Shown: positions 38,353-52,932 of the stretch, one piece after another
Position numbering within the stretch: the stretch's first letter is position 1
Layout: each line of letters starts with the position of its first letter
Origin: Octopus bimaculoides
Taxonomy: Eukaryota
Length of the DNA: 61,691 nucleotides
Direction: 5' to 3'
Assembly: GCF_001194135.2 (NCBI RefSeq)
Contig: NC_068992.1
Span: 45,407,794-45,469,484 of the forward strand
The notes under the pieces: model-generated
Seen by the model: only the letters and a program-made list of their open reading frames with translations
Database searches by the model: none
Told to the model about the DNA's origin: nothing
Program-made: the position numbers and the translations under genes

Positions 38353-39459
38353 AATTTATTTACTTATTTTTTGTTTCTATTTCAAGTTTGTAGGTTCAGT
38401 TATGATTAGCATATCTATAGTCAACAGATATTTAATTCCTGATCAGCCCATCATTTTTACCTGTTACAACACTTTCGCCGATATAGATGATTCTTTACTC
38501 ATTTAAATATGTTAGTTATGATCTCAGGAAGATTTGGCTGCTAATTTTGGAAGGTGGAGTTATAATGTAGAGACCCGCGTTTTTGGTTCGTCATTACTGA
38601 ATTGTTTTCCGCTACACAGGTATATATTTGACTTGATGTAGTCTATGATTTATTGTTTCGGAACACACGTTTCTTACAGATATTGATAATTCCTTGATTA
38701 TATATATATCACTTGTAGAAACACACCGAAAGGAAATAGCAAAGTCTCTCACTATTTTATATGTGATTGTTGTTAGTTATATAGATTTAAAGGAATAAAG
38801 TTATTAACAATAAGTGGAACACAGTTGATAACCAAATTTACCACAGCTCTCATACTTTCCCTAAGATGTTCTCTCAATTTTAGGAGATATTTTCAACTGT
38901 TTTCGATACATTAGAATATCATGTAGAGTTATCTGTACTTCACGACATTTATACGGTATAGGTAAAAAAAAAATTATAGCCAATTAGTTGAAGAGATACA
39001 CTGTAAATTGTTTTCACAAATGGCATGTCACAATAGAAAGTATAGTATTTTGATTAACAGAGTGCTACTTCACAAAATTAATATTTTAATGTCAAATACT
39101 TTAACAACCAATCAAAGTGTAAATAGAATCTGCATAGAATATTTACCAGATTGTTGTAAGCTATCATTTATAATTATCGATTTATGTAAAGAGAATATAT
39201 AGAGAGCAATTCTGTGCAGAAGGAAGCTTAAAAAATATATCTCTAGTAGAACTGAAGACAAAGCAATATTAAAAAGCAGTCGGCGATCAAAAGCCCATCA
39301 GTTTGTTTAGACCGTCTATAGTTGAGTCGCTTGCATACACACACACGTACACTCATATATATCAGACATATTGAAGAAAATGCTGTATAACAACAGAGAC
39401 ATAAATAGGTCTTTAAATACTGTTTATACCACTTAGAGTAATTAATATATTTATTTGGT

Positions 39460-39575
39460 TAACAACGGAAAGAGGAAAGGAAAAGTTGATCTCAGCAGGG
39501 CTTGAACTGAGAACGTAAATAGCTGGAACAAATACTATGGTAAATTTGACTCGACGCTCAACCGATTCTACCAGC
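39460..39575 (-). mobile_element. Degenerate SINE family B fragment
   Basis: GAAAGGAAAAGTTGATCTCAGCAGGGCTTGAACTGAGAACGTAA...CGATTCTACCAGC. Confidence 0.65.
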
Positions 39576-40974
39576 CTGAATTCAATGGTCGATATTGTCC
39601 TTTTATTAATCTCCATACATAATGAGAAGATCGATATTCACTTAACGCTTTTGAAATTAAAGCTATCGAAGAAAAGGATTTTCAAGACGTATATAAATAT
39701 CTCACACACACGCCCACACACACACACACACNNNNNNNNNNACATAACACACACACACGCACACACACACACACACACACATGCTCACTCGTGCACACAC
39801 GTCTGTGCGTATGTGCGTGTGTATGTAAAACGAACCACTTGGTTCTCTATGAGTCAGAAAAAAAGCAGAATATGAAAAATAGAGTGGTTATATTTTTGAA
39901 TCATCGAGTAATATGTTACGGATTATGGAATAACATCATTGGTTATGTCCTGATATTCCACAATATTGATGACTCGTCAGATTTGATTGAAGAGGCTGGG
40001 TACAAGTATATAACTTTGCTTCAAAGAAAATTATCAAAAACATCTGATAAATTTAAAATATAATAATTATGCTGTTTTCTGGTTACAATTGTTGTGTCGG
40101 TTCTAAGACAAATATCTGCGATTGATGCATGTCTTGTGTTTAACCATCTATAATGAAGTAGTAATAACAATATTGCTGGCTTTTTAATTGCCTAATTGGA
40201 GAACAGATACTGCTGGAGTGTTTCAATTATAAGGTGCCCGTTATGGTAAAATATTGTTACTTAAAAGCATCGTACATCCACACGGAAATAATAGGTAAAA
40301 AGCACAACACACACACACACACACACACACATTCTCCTAACCTGTTACTTCCGTGTGAATTTACCGTATTTAGTTGTATTAGAATATCTTACGTTAACAG
40401 GCGTATTATATTTGAAGCAATCTGGTATTATCTGTTTTCCGACTAAGCTGTCAAAAAGCACCAATATTATTATTGGTAACTCATTATAAAATGTTAAAAA
40501 TCAGATATATATCAATCCCAGATATTTGTCTCAGAATTGAAACCACAGTTTGTAGGAAAAAAACATAATTATTTTATTTCAAATTAATCTGATGTTTTAA
40601 TAATTTCCACTCGAGCAAAATTATAAATTTGTATCCAGAACTCAATTTAGACTTAATTTAGATTAGTTATAGATTAGATTTGATATGCTGAAAATAATTT
40701 TAAAAATGAAATTTTTAGATACGAGAATTGGCTGAAACATTAATTTTTACCTCGAGGCAGAGAGCAAAAAAAAAAAAAAAATGATTGGTCTCTGAATATA
40801 TTAAATTAATGTCTTCTCATATCATTATAGAAACATAGCAGTGGTTCAATGGTTACAGTGGATGTCTAAAACGCCGTAAGTCATTTGGTCGCAAATGTAT
40901 GATATATATGCTTTGTATTTCGGTGAAGTAGTGCTTTCTGTATTGTATGTATTTCTGTATTGGTGATGTACACA

Positions 40975-41196
<222 letters not shown>

Positions 41197-42529
41197 AGGT
41201 TGTATTCTAATTTAAGGAAGCAGGTAGTTAAAAGAATCAGAGAAATGGGAAATCAGAGAGATACAAAGATAAAGATATGTGAGTGTGTCTGCATGTAAAT
41301 ACAGATGTGTGTGTATACAAAGAGAGAGAGAGAGGGAGAGGAAAGAAAAGGGGAAATGAGAATGGAAAGAAAGAGGAAAATAAAGGTGACCGTTTCTATT
41401 TCATCTAAATAGTAATTGATTCAATCGCATTATCAAGAAATTTATTAGAATTTGAGCAATCTCATAAATACTCAAGAAACATGTTATGGTGATATAGACT
41501 TGGTTATAATCTTGGAATATATGATAGTTAATACCTACCGAAGTTAATAATCATAACTTTTTGTTGACCAAAAATTTATGCTTGTTCACCTTTCTTATAA
41601 TGATAATGGAAAATAAGCCTTTATATTGATTTCATATTACTTGAACCCTACAATGATTATTTTACAACGGTTCCACTTTAAAAGGTTGTTTTCTGATCTC
41701 TCGTCAATCCACATCTAGAAGACACATGAGGAAAAACATTCCAGCGGTAATCACCCTATCTTGCCATTTGCATTTTTTGACTATCCAATATATTATACTC
41801 CATTTTTTAAATGCGTTCTGGAGAGTTTTAAGGAACAGTTGACTTTTATTTCCTGTATAACAAGTGACGCTGTAGAAATTTTCCAATCGGTTAAATTGCT
41901 GTTTTTTTTATTAGTGGCTGAAAATACCCGTTTTGAAACTGTTCCAACCGTGACCGACCTATCTATTTTGTAAAAGTTGCCTACGACTGCATTTCTGCGT
42001 AAATGTTGCCTCAGAACGTCTACAGAGAACCATCACCGCAATCGCTAATCAATAGTGTGGCAGACCTTGTTATAGATGAGCTGAAACGAGATTTTATTAA
42101 TGTGTCTGTAAGAAAACTGAGACACTACTCACACGTCTAAGAAACGATGACAGAAAATTAGATGGAAAGAATTTGCAACTAGATAAGAGTTGCAGAATTT
42201 ACCATTAACTGATAGAATTGTGTTATAGCAGAATATTCAAATATTGCTCTTGTTTATCTCTTTTTTTTAATTGATTTTATAAAATAAAAAGCAAAATATT
42301 CAGCAAGTAATCAGTTAACTTGCTTTTCTCTAACTCTGTCATAACAGCCACAATGTTAAACCACGTCATAATTTGGACAGTTTAATTAGAAATTCAAATT
42401 AGCTTTCGATTTCAATTTACTGGTGGAAATAAATCACTAGGAATAATGAAACGATATCCGACTAGCTTTCGATTTTTTTTTCCTGGCTGGAGAGAATTTT
42501 CAAATTTTCTCTCGTTTTGCAAATCAAAA

Positions 42530-43497
42530 ACAGATAAGGCAGCCACATAATTCCGGGTTCAATCCCATTGCTTGGCATCTTGAGCAAGTGTCTTTTACTA
42601 TAGCCTCGGGCTNNNNNNNNNNNNNNNNNNNNNNNNNNNNNNNNNNNNNNNNNNNNNNNNNNNNNNNNNNNNNNNNNNNNNNNNNNNNNNNNNNNNNNNN
42701 NNNNNNNNNNNNNNNNNNNNNNNNNNNNNNNNNNNNNNNNNNNNNNNNNNNNNNNNNNNNNNNNNNNNNNNNNNNNNNNNNNNNNNNNNNNNNNNNNNNN
42801 NNNNNNNNNNNNNNNNNNNNNNNNNNNNNNNNNNNNNNNNNNNNNNNNNNNNNNNNNNNNNNNNNNNNNNNNNNNNNNNNNNNNNNNNNNNNNNNNNNNN
42901 NNNNNNNNNNNNNNNNNNNNNNNNNNNNNNNNNNNNNNNNNNNNNNNNNNNNNNNNNNNNNNNNNNNNNNNNNNNNNNNNNNNNNNNNNNNNNNNNNNNN
43001 NNNNNNNNNNNNNNNNNNNNNNNNNNNNNNNNNNNNNNNNNNNNNNNNNNNNNNNNNNNNNNNNNNNNNNNNNNNNNNNNNNNNNNNNNNNNNNNNNNNN
43101 NNNNNNNNNNNNNNNNNNNNNNNNNNNNNNNNNNNNNNNNNNNNNNNNNNNNNNNNNNNNNNNNNNNNNNNNNNNNNNNNNNNNNNNNNNNNNNNNNNNN
43201 NNNNNNNNNNNNNNNNNNNNNTATATATATATATATATACATGTATATATATATATATATATACATGTATATATATATATATATGCATACGTGTCGGTGT
43301 TTGTCCCTCTACCGTCGCTTGACGACCGATGGTAGTGTGTTTATGTCCCCGTAACTAAGCTGTTCGGCAAAAGAGACTTATAGAATACGTACTAGACTTA
43401 CAAAGAATAAGTCGTGGTTGATTCGCTCGAATAAAACCCTTTAAGCCGGTGCTCCAGCACGGTCGCAGTTAAATCACTGAAACGTGTAAAGGAATAA
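42530..43497 (+). mobile_element. SINE family A spanning a 609-N gap
   Basis: Head and body CCGGGTTCAATCCC...TTGAGCAAGTGTCTTTTACTATAGCCTCGGGC end at the gap. The 3' module CGCTTGACGACCGATGGTAGTGTGTTTATGTCCCCGTAAC...GGTGCTCCAGCACGGTCGCAG resumes after the gap and a TA array. Confidence 0.85.
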
Positions 43498-43549
43498 TAT
43501 ATATATGCATAGATACATAGTTACATACTTACATACATACATACGTACA

Positions 43550-43587
<38 letters not shown>

Positions 43588-44327
43588 TACACACACACAC
43601 AGATACATACGCACAAGCATGCAGCCACAAACATACGTATATACATAGTGAATTTGTAACACGAAATAGAAAACAATGCTCAATATACATTCATGAATAT
43701 AATGATTTTAAAGCTATGAAAGACTCCAATATTTAATGTATCGTAATATAGGATGGTATCGTTTATGGTCGACCCAAGATTATAGATTTTGATTGAAGTG
43801 TATTTGACTGTTATCTTTAGCAGGTCGAATGAAGCTTAGTGCTTACCTCATTCATTCTTATCGTTGTAAGTTATTTTTATTGTTATTGATATTTACGGCT
43901 TTAATTCATTTCTGTTTATTATCTTGGTTTATATTCCTTGCAATTACTAAGCTATCATTATATTCTTAGTTATTGATAACGTAGTTAAATTCCTCGTTAG
44001 TGAGTGATTATCTATGTTTATATCTCATTCCTAATGTATTCATAACCTTAAGGAAACCGAAGATTGCACTTCTCATGCTGCTATACAACGTTAGACACAT
44101 CTCATTTAATATCCTGTATTGTTCAACATTTGAAGAATACTTGACTCTAATTGTGTACAGTTTAGACATTTCCAATACCCAGTTTTCTTTCGTTAAAATA
44201 TGATATGGTCTTTTCCTTTTCTATGTGAACATCATATTTACGCCTTAAAGTCTGGGTGTTTCCAAAGAAAAATAAATTGATGCAGTAAGAATAATAAACC
44301 TGTTAGACCATTATACATAGTGTTGGG

Positions 44328-44505
44328 TAATGGTGAACCGGTTAGCATTTCGTCCGTTTTCACATTCTGGCTCAATTCGATCGACTTTGCGTTTCATTCA
44401 TTTCGCGGTCGATAAAACAAGTACCAGTTGAGTACTGAGTTTAATATAATTGACTTGATCCCTCCCCCGCACTTGCTGGCCTTGTGCAAAAAATTGAAGC
44501 TATTA
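44328..44505 (+). mobile_element. SINE family B, diverged
   Basis: GCATTTCGTCCG...TCGACTTTGCGTTTCATTC...GGTCGATAAAACAAGTACCAGTTG...GCTGGCCTTGTGC. Confidence 0.82.
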
Positions 44506-45101
44506 TATTTTTCATATAACGTTAATATATATGTCGTACAAATGCTGAAACCACTGCTCTTTTGAGCTCATTTGTTGAACATGATATTAATTCGATGATA
44601 ATCTATTTTTTCCTGGTTGTGGTTAGAATATGGGCCGTGTTGCCAATTTTTAATTTGCATATAACAAATTTACTTTCTTGAGGTCTTGATTTCATCACAA
44701 TTTTTTCCCAAATTATATACACGTTTATATTATATTCATTCAAACTTTATCCCTGGCGTGCCAGATAATTTTGAATGAAGCTGAAAGCATGCACCTTAAA
44801 TACAAGAGATGAAAGCTTCTTGTATATATCTGCATGTATAGAAAATTACACTCTAAGCCTTCAAGAATATTCCTTTGCAAAGAGACTTCGAAATGTAGAC
44901 TGATTGAACTTACAACCCACAGCCGACAAAATAACATAGAATTCGATATATGGAATCAAACCGAAGTACCAATAACTGCAACAAAAATTCAGTATGCCCC
45001 TCTCTTTAAGAAAAAAATGCTCTGATGGTTGGCATGAGAAACAATTGACACCATGTAGCATCAAAATATGCAAAACTTATGCTAAGTATGATTATTAGTT
45101 C

Positions 45102-45327
45102 TTAATATTTTTACCATATTGCTGTTGATATACACTGCTTTTGTGGCAATTAATACTGAAATTAATGACGAATTTAGTAAAATATCCTTGTCACTATTAA
45201 ACTCCTGTTGGAACATAAATTAGCATACGGTTTCCATGAAAGGTTTTAATTTAGATAATTTTAAAACAGGAAGTTTATTTCATAGAACCGGCTCCTGTCT
45301 CAGCGGGGTTGGTATGAAATGGGTTAA
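45102..45327. mobile_element. piggyBac-type MITE (~225 bp, TTAA-bounded, left TIR eroded)
   Basis: Right end GGTATGAAATGGGTTAA (GGG|TTAA). Left end TTAA-TATTTTTACCATATT. The internal sequence resembles a repeat I recall from octopus genomes (not verified). Confidence 0.55.
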
Positions 45328-47119
45328 TATTATTATTGATAAATTTTTTCGCTAATCATTATTATGGTGAGTGTTTTTTTGTAATTACTATTTCTGTTAA
45401 TCATAATTTTCCAGTTTTATTTCTTCTAATGCTAGCTAATTTTACAAATTCTGTCTAAAAGCCATAAGAAATATTTTGAAACTCCGCTGGGTGTTAGCAT
45501 CCTTTCTGCCGAAATAATTTTGACTAAGCCAATGAAAATATGAAGCTTTGAAACTCTCTTGAACAATATGAAACTTCATTTCACAAAATCAAGCAGTCAT
45601 CTTAACGAAACTGTAAGGTTGATACTTAAATGGTCATCAAATACGTATCGTATGAACGCTACTCATATTTGATTATAGATCTGCTGAAGCAGCAAAAATG
45701 AGATACAATAACCACTTCATCAATGCCATTCACAGATATCACATTCGGAATGTTCTACGCACTCACGCAGGCACACATGCGCGCGCACACACACACACAC
45801 ACACATAATATATGTATGTATATATATATATATATATATATATNNNNNNNNNNNNNNNNNNNNNNNNNNNNNNNNNNNNNNNNNNNNNNNNNNNNNNNNN
45901 NNNNNNNNNNNNNNNNNNNNNNNNNNNNNNNNNNNNNNNNNNNNNNNNNNNNNNNNNNNNNNNNNNNNNNNNNNNNNNNNNNNNNNNNNNNNNNNNNNNN
46001 NNNNNNNNNNNNNNNNNNNNNNNNNNNNNNNNNNNNNNNNNNNNNNNNNNNNNNNNNNNNNNNNNNNNNNNNNNNNNNNNNNNNNNNNNNNNNNNNNNNN
46101 NNNNNNNNNNNNNNNNNNNNNNNNNNNNNNNNNNNNNNNNNNNNNNNNNNNNNNNNNNNNNNNNNNNNNNNNNNNNNNNNNNNNNNNNNNNNNNNNNNNN
46201 NNNNNNNNNNNNNNNNNNNNNNNNNNNNNNNNNNNNNNNNNNNNNNNNNNNNNNNNNNNNNNNNNNNNNNNNNNNNNNNNNNNNNNNNNNNNNNNNNNNN
46301 NNNNNNNNNNNNNNNNNNNNNNNNNNNNNNNNNNNNNNNNNNNNNNNNNNNNNNNNNNNNNNNNNNNNNNNNNNNNNNNNNNNNNNNNNNNNNNNNNNNN
46401 NNNNNNNNNNNNNNNNNNNNNNNNNTATATATATATATATGTGTATTTTATTATATTTATACAAAGTAAAGAAACAAATTATGGAATCAGAGAAAAACAC
46501 AAGTGTAATTACAAAAATGTAGTTACTTTATAAGCACGTGCTGAGCTTGGTACCAGCTGCATGGAACATTTTAACCATTATCTTTTAGAAGATGTCACTT
46601 AAATCTGGCAGATTGTTATGTCCCATTTCCAGAGGGTATAGATACAATAAATCTATGTTTGGTGTAATTACTTTCAATTATGTCTACGTGATTTACTTTG
46701 TTACTAAAATAGTGTTGCTTATTCATGAAATACTGATAAGTTTGATACGTAAAAATAATGTTTGAACATTTTATATTAACGATCAATTTTTTTTATGATT
46801 GAATATTGATTATTTTCTATGATGATAGATCGATATCATAATCGTTGCATATTCATAAATATATCCTATTGAAATCTCACTCTGATACATTATAGTGGGA
46901 TGGTACTCCGACAATATTGAACATAATTCTCTGGTGAATTACAGAAAATTATAACACACGGATTACAAACAGATATGCACACACGCGAATTCACGCACAC
47001 ATTCACACACAATGAACATATCTCAGTGTGTAAATATATATGAACATACATATATGTATGTATATAAATCTGCATATAGCATGTATAAACATATGCATAT
47101 ATACATATATGTATATGCC

Positions 47120-47154
<35 letters not shown>

Positions 47155-47879
47155 ATATGTTTCTCTATGTATTTGTATAACCGTATGATGTTTTCTTAGC
47201 CACCTGTAACATCTAATTGTTCTTTGTTAGCATATAAACGTACATGCATTCACATCCACATATATTATAAATGTATGCAAATCTGAATAGTATAGATCAT
47301 GTGCATATATAAAGCGTGTGTACACACACATACACAAACACACACATACGCACACATGTATGTATATATTTCAATGTATGTATATAATGTATGAATGTAT
47401 GTATGCTTATGTGTTCATACATATAACGAAATTCTTCACTCTGATTCCCCTGTCCTCCAGTCCTTACCTTTCTTTTACTCAAACACTGACCGTATATGAC
47501 CATCAGGAGAAATTTCAGTCTAGAAGATTCAAGCTAAATGGCATATTGATTTCCCCACAAAAGTGTCGACTTCCTTGAAAGAATTTTTATTTCTTTCTTG
47601 CTTCGTTGCATATATCACTGAATATTTTAAGTAGAATATCAACAAGATTCAATTGCTGTGTTTATAATTTAGGACAACAACTTAATGACATTTGAAAACT
47701 GCGTATAACAACACAGTTCAAATGGAATAATTCATCAATAAGAGTTTTTATTCTTTTTGATTTAGATCAGAGACTCAGATTTAAACTTAATAAAATTACT
47801 TCAGTACAACATTCAAAATTTTACTTACACAGCATTCGAATGCCCACATTTTAAAGATCTATTTTAGGATGATATTTTT

Positions 47880-48005
47880 TGGCTGTCTGGTTAAGAAACT
47901 CGCTTTGCAACCAACCACACAGTTGAGGCGCTGTTCCACTGCACATTACCTTGGGCAAGAGTCGTCGGCTATAACCCTGGCCGAAAGAATTTTGTTGGCG
48001 GAAAC
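47880..48005 (+). mobile_element. Degenerate SINE family A head and body
   Basis: TGGCTGTCTGGTTAAGAAACTCGCTTTGCAACCA...TTCCACTGCACATTACCTTGGGCAAG. Confidence 0.7.
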
Positions 48006-48219
48006 GTCGAGCTACTTAACCATCATCGTTCTATATTATCTTACTACGAGGGAGTCATACGGAACTACAAGTAAGGCATCTTCTGTTCCTTCCATGGCAT
48101 AATGCTGCTCAAAACAACATGATAATTGCTTCTAATTCAGTCAGAATGGCAATAGTTTTGAAGAGAAGTGATATGTCGATATCATATTGAAAAGGTAGTT
48201 ATCATACTAACCTTTTAAT

Positions 48220-48330
48220 GATGAAATGCAAAGTTACCCTAGATGGGATTTGAACTCAGAATATTAAGAACCAGAACAAATTCCACAACGCATTTTTCCG
48301 TTGGTCCAACGACTCTTCTAGCTTAACCAA
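48220..48330 (-). mobile_element. Degenerate SINE family B fragment
   Basis: GATGAAATGCAAAGT...GGGATTTGAACTCAGAA...CGACTCTTCTAGCT. Confidence 0.65.
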
Positions 48331-48654
48331 AATAATATCGATTAATGATATGATTTTTATTTGCCACAGAGATTCCTTTATTCATGCAATAACATGTTAT
48401 GAAATATCTGCAAGAGGAGGTTTGGTGATCTACAAGCGTAGTTGAACTCACTGAGATTGAAAATTATAGCTGATTACTTTGACTTAAGTTACATCAACTT
48501 CATAATAGTCTGTCGCATTTTGGAAGAGAGAGGAGAGAGAGGAAATATAAACAGTTAGAAGGAGATAGTAGACGACAGTGATAGAGTGAGACAGCCTGAG
48601 AGAGACAGAGAGAGAAAGAGAGTGTGTGAACGAGAAAAAAAAATATATATATAG

Positions 48655-48666
48655 AGAGAGAGAGAA

Positions 48667-48721
<55 letters not shown>

Positions 48722-48732
48722 GAGAGAGAGAG
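48655..48732. repeat. (GA)n microsatellite
   Basis: Direct reading. Confidence 0.97.
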
Positions 48733-49661
48733 ATGCAAGTGGTCATACCGACATCAGGCAATGAAGACATTTTAGTACGCTGAGGTTCCTATCATTACAT
48801 ATGGTGTTGGAAGTGTTGGTAAAACATATAGGACTGCATACCGAACACAAACTTCAAGCTCGGGGATCTGAGATCTTACCTCAACGACTGAAATTCTGCT
48901 ACTAGATTATAGCTAAAAGCACTACCATCTTCAGCCAGATAAAAATGATTTACACCAAGACACAGAAATATATTAGATGAAGTCGTAGATATATTTTCAT
49001 TTTGTTTGTGTTTGCCTTTGAGCTTTCTTTTACAATAAGGATTCTTCGTTCACTTAACATTTTCTTTGATAACTTGGCATCTGAATAACTTGTTTTCGTA
49101 CACGATTTTTATGCTTGAGTGAATAATACCATGAAATGAAATTACTGTAACATCATATATCAAATTCTAGTTAATGAAAGATAAGTAGCCGAAGGAGAAC
49201 TACCTTGTTCTTTATAGTAATGAGTTGAAGTAAAAGTGCTTGTAATTTCGGAGGCTGAATGTGCATTCGGTAATGCAAACGGAGTTCTAGTGTTCCTTAT
49301 ATATGGAATATTAATTTGTTGATTTTAAAGCCAATGGCTTGTGAAAAATGTTTTAGCACAAAACTTTGTGTGTTATAGTTTGAGTGCAGTTAATTTGAAA
49401 TTCTGAGTTAGAATCAAATTCATTGCTTGTGGCCTTATTCTAATGTTTTCAGGCATTGAGAATCGGTAGACTTACGTAAATAATGGGTGGTGGTATTTAG
49501 TTATGGCTTTTTGCGTTCTGAAATCAAATCCCAGTCGGTGGACCAATAAATACAAACCAAATTAAATAGAATAAATTAACAATGCACAATATTCTCAAAT
49601 TTTTGTATTGTGACACCTTGTAAACCATAGTGTCGTTTTAAAAAAGCGGATGAGAAGACAA

Positions 49662-49870
49662 AATCGTTAAAGTGTCGAACAAAACGCCTAGCAGCTTTCC
49701 TTCCGGCTCTTTTTGCTCTGACTTTAAATCCAGCTGAAGTTGACTTTGTCTTTCCACATTTCAGGGTCGAGAATATATATGTTGCAGTTGACCAGTTTAG
49801 TCGGTGTATTCAACTAAGTCCTTCACACCAAAATTGCCGACATTGTGTCAAAAATTGATACCATTATTTA
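49662..49870 (+). mobile_element. Degenerate SINE family B
   Basis: AATCGTTAAAGTGTCGAACAAAACGCCTAGC...GAAGTTGACTTTGTCTTTC...CAGGGTCGAGAA...AAAATTGCCGACATTGTGTCAAAAATTGA. Confidence 0.7.
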
Positions 49871-52800
49871 GATTTAAAAGCAAGTAGTGGTATGGCAGTG
49901 TCGGTAGGACTCCTGAAGAAATGCTACAGAGATACGTTGTGTCATTCTTTAATGTTCTTATTTGAAATCTCACTAACTAACTTCTCGGCCACACAGGGCA
50001 GATGAATTGTGTAGCAATTTTACACAACAGTAAAAGTCAAACTCCTGGATTGTTCCTGAACGTCATGTAACATAGCTTAGATTTAATCATCTATTTAATG
50101 AAGTTGGGGCCCAAACTAGATAACTTACAATCTCTCTTAATGGTTTTCAACATTGCGAGTTCGAATTTTACATAGGTTGAACGTGATTTTCGACTTCTAG
50201 TGTCCATATATTATTCTTTTTTTTAAAGATTAAAAAAAAATAGATTATTCTTTTCGATTGTTTTTTTAAAACTACACTTTTGTCTTTGAGAGAAAATGTT
50301 CTTTAAATATTTCAAATATCGTGTCTTTGATGTTTTAAGTAACACATTACTAATAGAAATATAAAAAAGATGTTGGCATTGTTATTGTAGGTAGCGTTGA
50401 CCGTGGTGTTCTTATTGTTGTTCAGCACGAATAGAGTAGACCTAAAATTAAAAGCATCCTAAGGCAAAAAGTTGGTCTTTATTTTCAGATGCATTAGGCA
50501 TATGACATTTATTAAGATGGGATTTGATTTCAATGAGATTTTTTGATGTAGAACGACGGTATAGAAGCTCTTTTATTGACCAAGTTTCTGAAAATGTTCA
50601 GATGAATTTATATGGGGTATAGGTAGAATGGAAACAAATTAAAGAGAGATGAGTTTATGGACACGGTAGAAAAGAGCTGAAAGGGTAAATGGGATATAAA
50701 TAGAAGGAAACAGGAAGTGATGTCGTTTATAAATATAAAGGGAATATAAAGAAAAAGATATAAGGAATATAGTTATAGAGTAGAAACAGTGCATATAAGT
50801 TATACACGGAAGGGAAACACTGTAAGTGAATGATATGGGATATAAAATTTGAAATAAGGGTCACAATTGAGATAAAGCTACTAATCTCTCCGTGGATAGA
50901 AGATGGATATTCTCTCTCTAAAGATGGAATAGCAAGGCTAGAAACTAATAGGATTGATCCCTTTTGTTCAACTCAAAGTCTGATAAAACATGTTATGCAA
51001 CTACGGATTTCTTTTCACGAAGTTAGTTAAAATTTTATATCTTAAATGTTGAATTATCTTGAAACTATATGTTCTGTAATATAATTTAATTTATGCGTGT
51101 GTATGTGTACGTGTGTATTTGTATTTGTATGCATTTATAATGTGTGCATTTATATATATGTAGATATATGCGTTTAGGTGATACTGTCACACAAGATATA
51201 TAAGCTCCTGGAACACCGAAACTGCAACTTTATGGCATGTAATATCTTTATATTCACCGGAAATGTTCTTACACCGGAAGTAATTTCACAGAAGCTGTTG
51301 CAGAGTATCACTTATCATATTATCTGTCCCAGAGAACACTAATGGAGCTTTCTAACTCATTCCCCAGATAATTGTATAGTAATTGCAAGGATTTATGCTG
51401 ATGTTAGAAATGCTAATAACCGTCATTGGTCTTTGTTGTTGCTGTTGTTGTTGTTATTGTTGTTGCGATTGACATAACATGAACTGCATGAGTGTGAGAT
51501 GTTTTATAAAATACATCTAATAAAAAAAATCCATTTAGGATAATTTCCAACAGATGATTCCAGATAAGTTTTCGATATTTGCTCCATAGTGGAAGTGTTT
51601 TAAGGCCTATCGTTGGTCTTAAATATAATTTTCTCTTCTTGATTACATTCAGCTCAAGATGGCTTCCTGTCAGAGAAGTGCTTCCTTAAAAAGAATGCGT
51701 TAACGAATGTAGAAATAGGGATAATGGGCAAAGATAAAATAGTTTAATTTCTGGAGAGACACTCACTCACCTAAATGACACAGACCCTATTCAATGTGCG
51801 AAGGTATGGCTTGAGCAATCTATTTGAAGATTATCATTTATTTCGCAACAGACAAAAGTGAGTGACCGAGTACGGAAAATATGTACGTGACAGAAATATT
51901 TGACCATAAAAACGACTGTCTGCCTCATGAATTTATTGAAGAGAGTGCTAGTTCACAGATGTCTGCATAGCTAAATTTGCAAGAGCCTGAAAACGATAAC
52001 TCTCTTGGAAATACATGATGGAAGATTCCAAAGGTTGCAAGGTGATCTAAGTACCAACAAATTACTGAAGAGAAAAGGGGGGCTACAATAACGTGGAGCA
52101 TGCAAGGGATACGCTTGTGGGAATCCACTCTTCTGTAGCCTAAATACTAGGAGGATATTGGTAGTTTCTTACTCATTCTTAAAATCGAGTTGCCCATGGA
52201 TAACCAACATATAGTAGAACGTACCTGGAGTACTCGGAGAACAAGGATCTGGATTGTCTTGAGAAAATGTGAGTGGTGGCCTCACACCTATGTGTGGTGG
52301 AATGCCCTTATTGCTTGTTGCGTTTCTCGCTTTTAGTTACATTGTGTTTATATTAATTTAATTGTTTTGTGTAATCAAAACATTTAAATGTTTCATTATA
52401 TAGTAGCATTTTTTCCATCTTACTCGTTTCTTTATACAACTTTATCTGTATATCTCCACATATTTTTGAACACCTTTATAACATGTTTTTGTGTGTACGA
52501 ATGGGTGCTGGTGGCAATGAATGAACTGATTATTTTTTTTATTATATTTTATTTTAGAAAGTAAAAAGAAAAAAGTTTTCTATAATTAGATTTGTCTTGA
52601 AATACCAGGATTTGTTTTCAAAACGCGGGTATTTGTGTACAATCTTGCTGTGTAGAACATTCGCTGACTTCGGAGTTGTCGGAGATAATCATGTTTACAT
52701 TGCCAGCAGCTCGTGTGGCGAAATATTCCAGCTATATAAATTATTCATTTTCGTTTTATAGTTTTACAGAGATCTTATCACAGAGAAAGAGGAATATTTT

Positions 52801-52896
52801 AGATGAACACACACTCGCATGCGTGCACACGCACACACACTCATTTGCATACACTCTTAGACAACGCACATATATACCTGCACATAGACTTAAATG

Positions 52897-52932
<36 letters not shown>

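Noticed and set aside
42133-42136. 4-nt AG|ACGT|GTGAGT and 8-nt AG|TCGTTGAG|GTAAGA (48880-48887) minus-strand microexon-like patterns
   Set aside because: They are frame-shifting, and such matches are expected by chance in 60 kb of AT-rich DNA.
51900-52320. Relatively GC-balanced stretch that looks coding
   Set aside because: There are stops in all frames and I could recognise no motif; it may be an old repeat but I cannot support a call.
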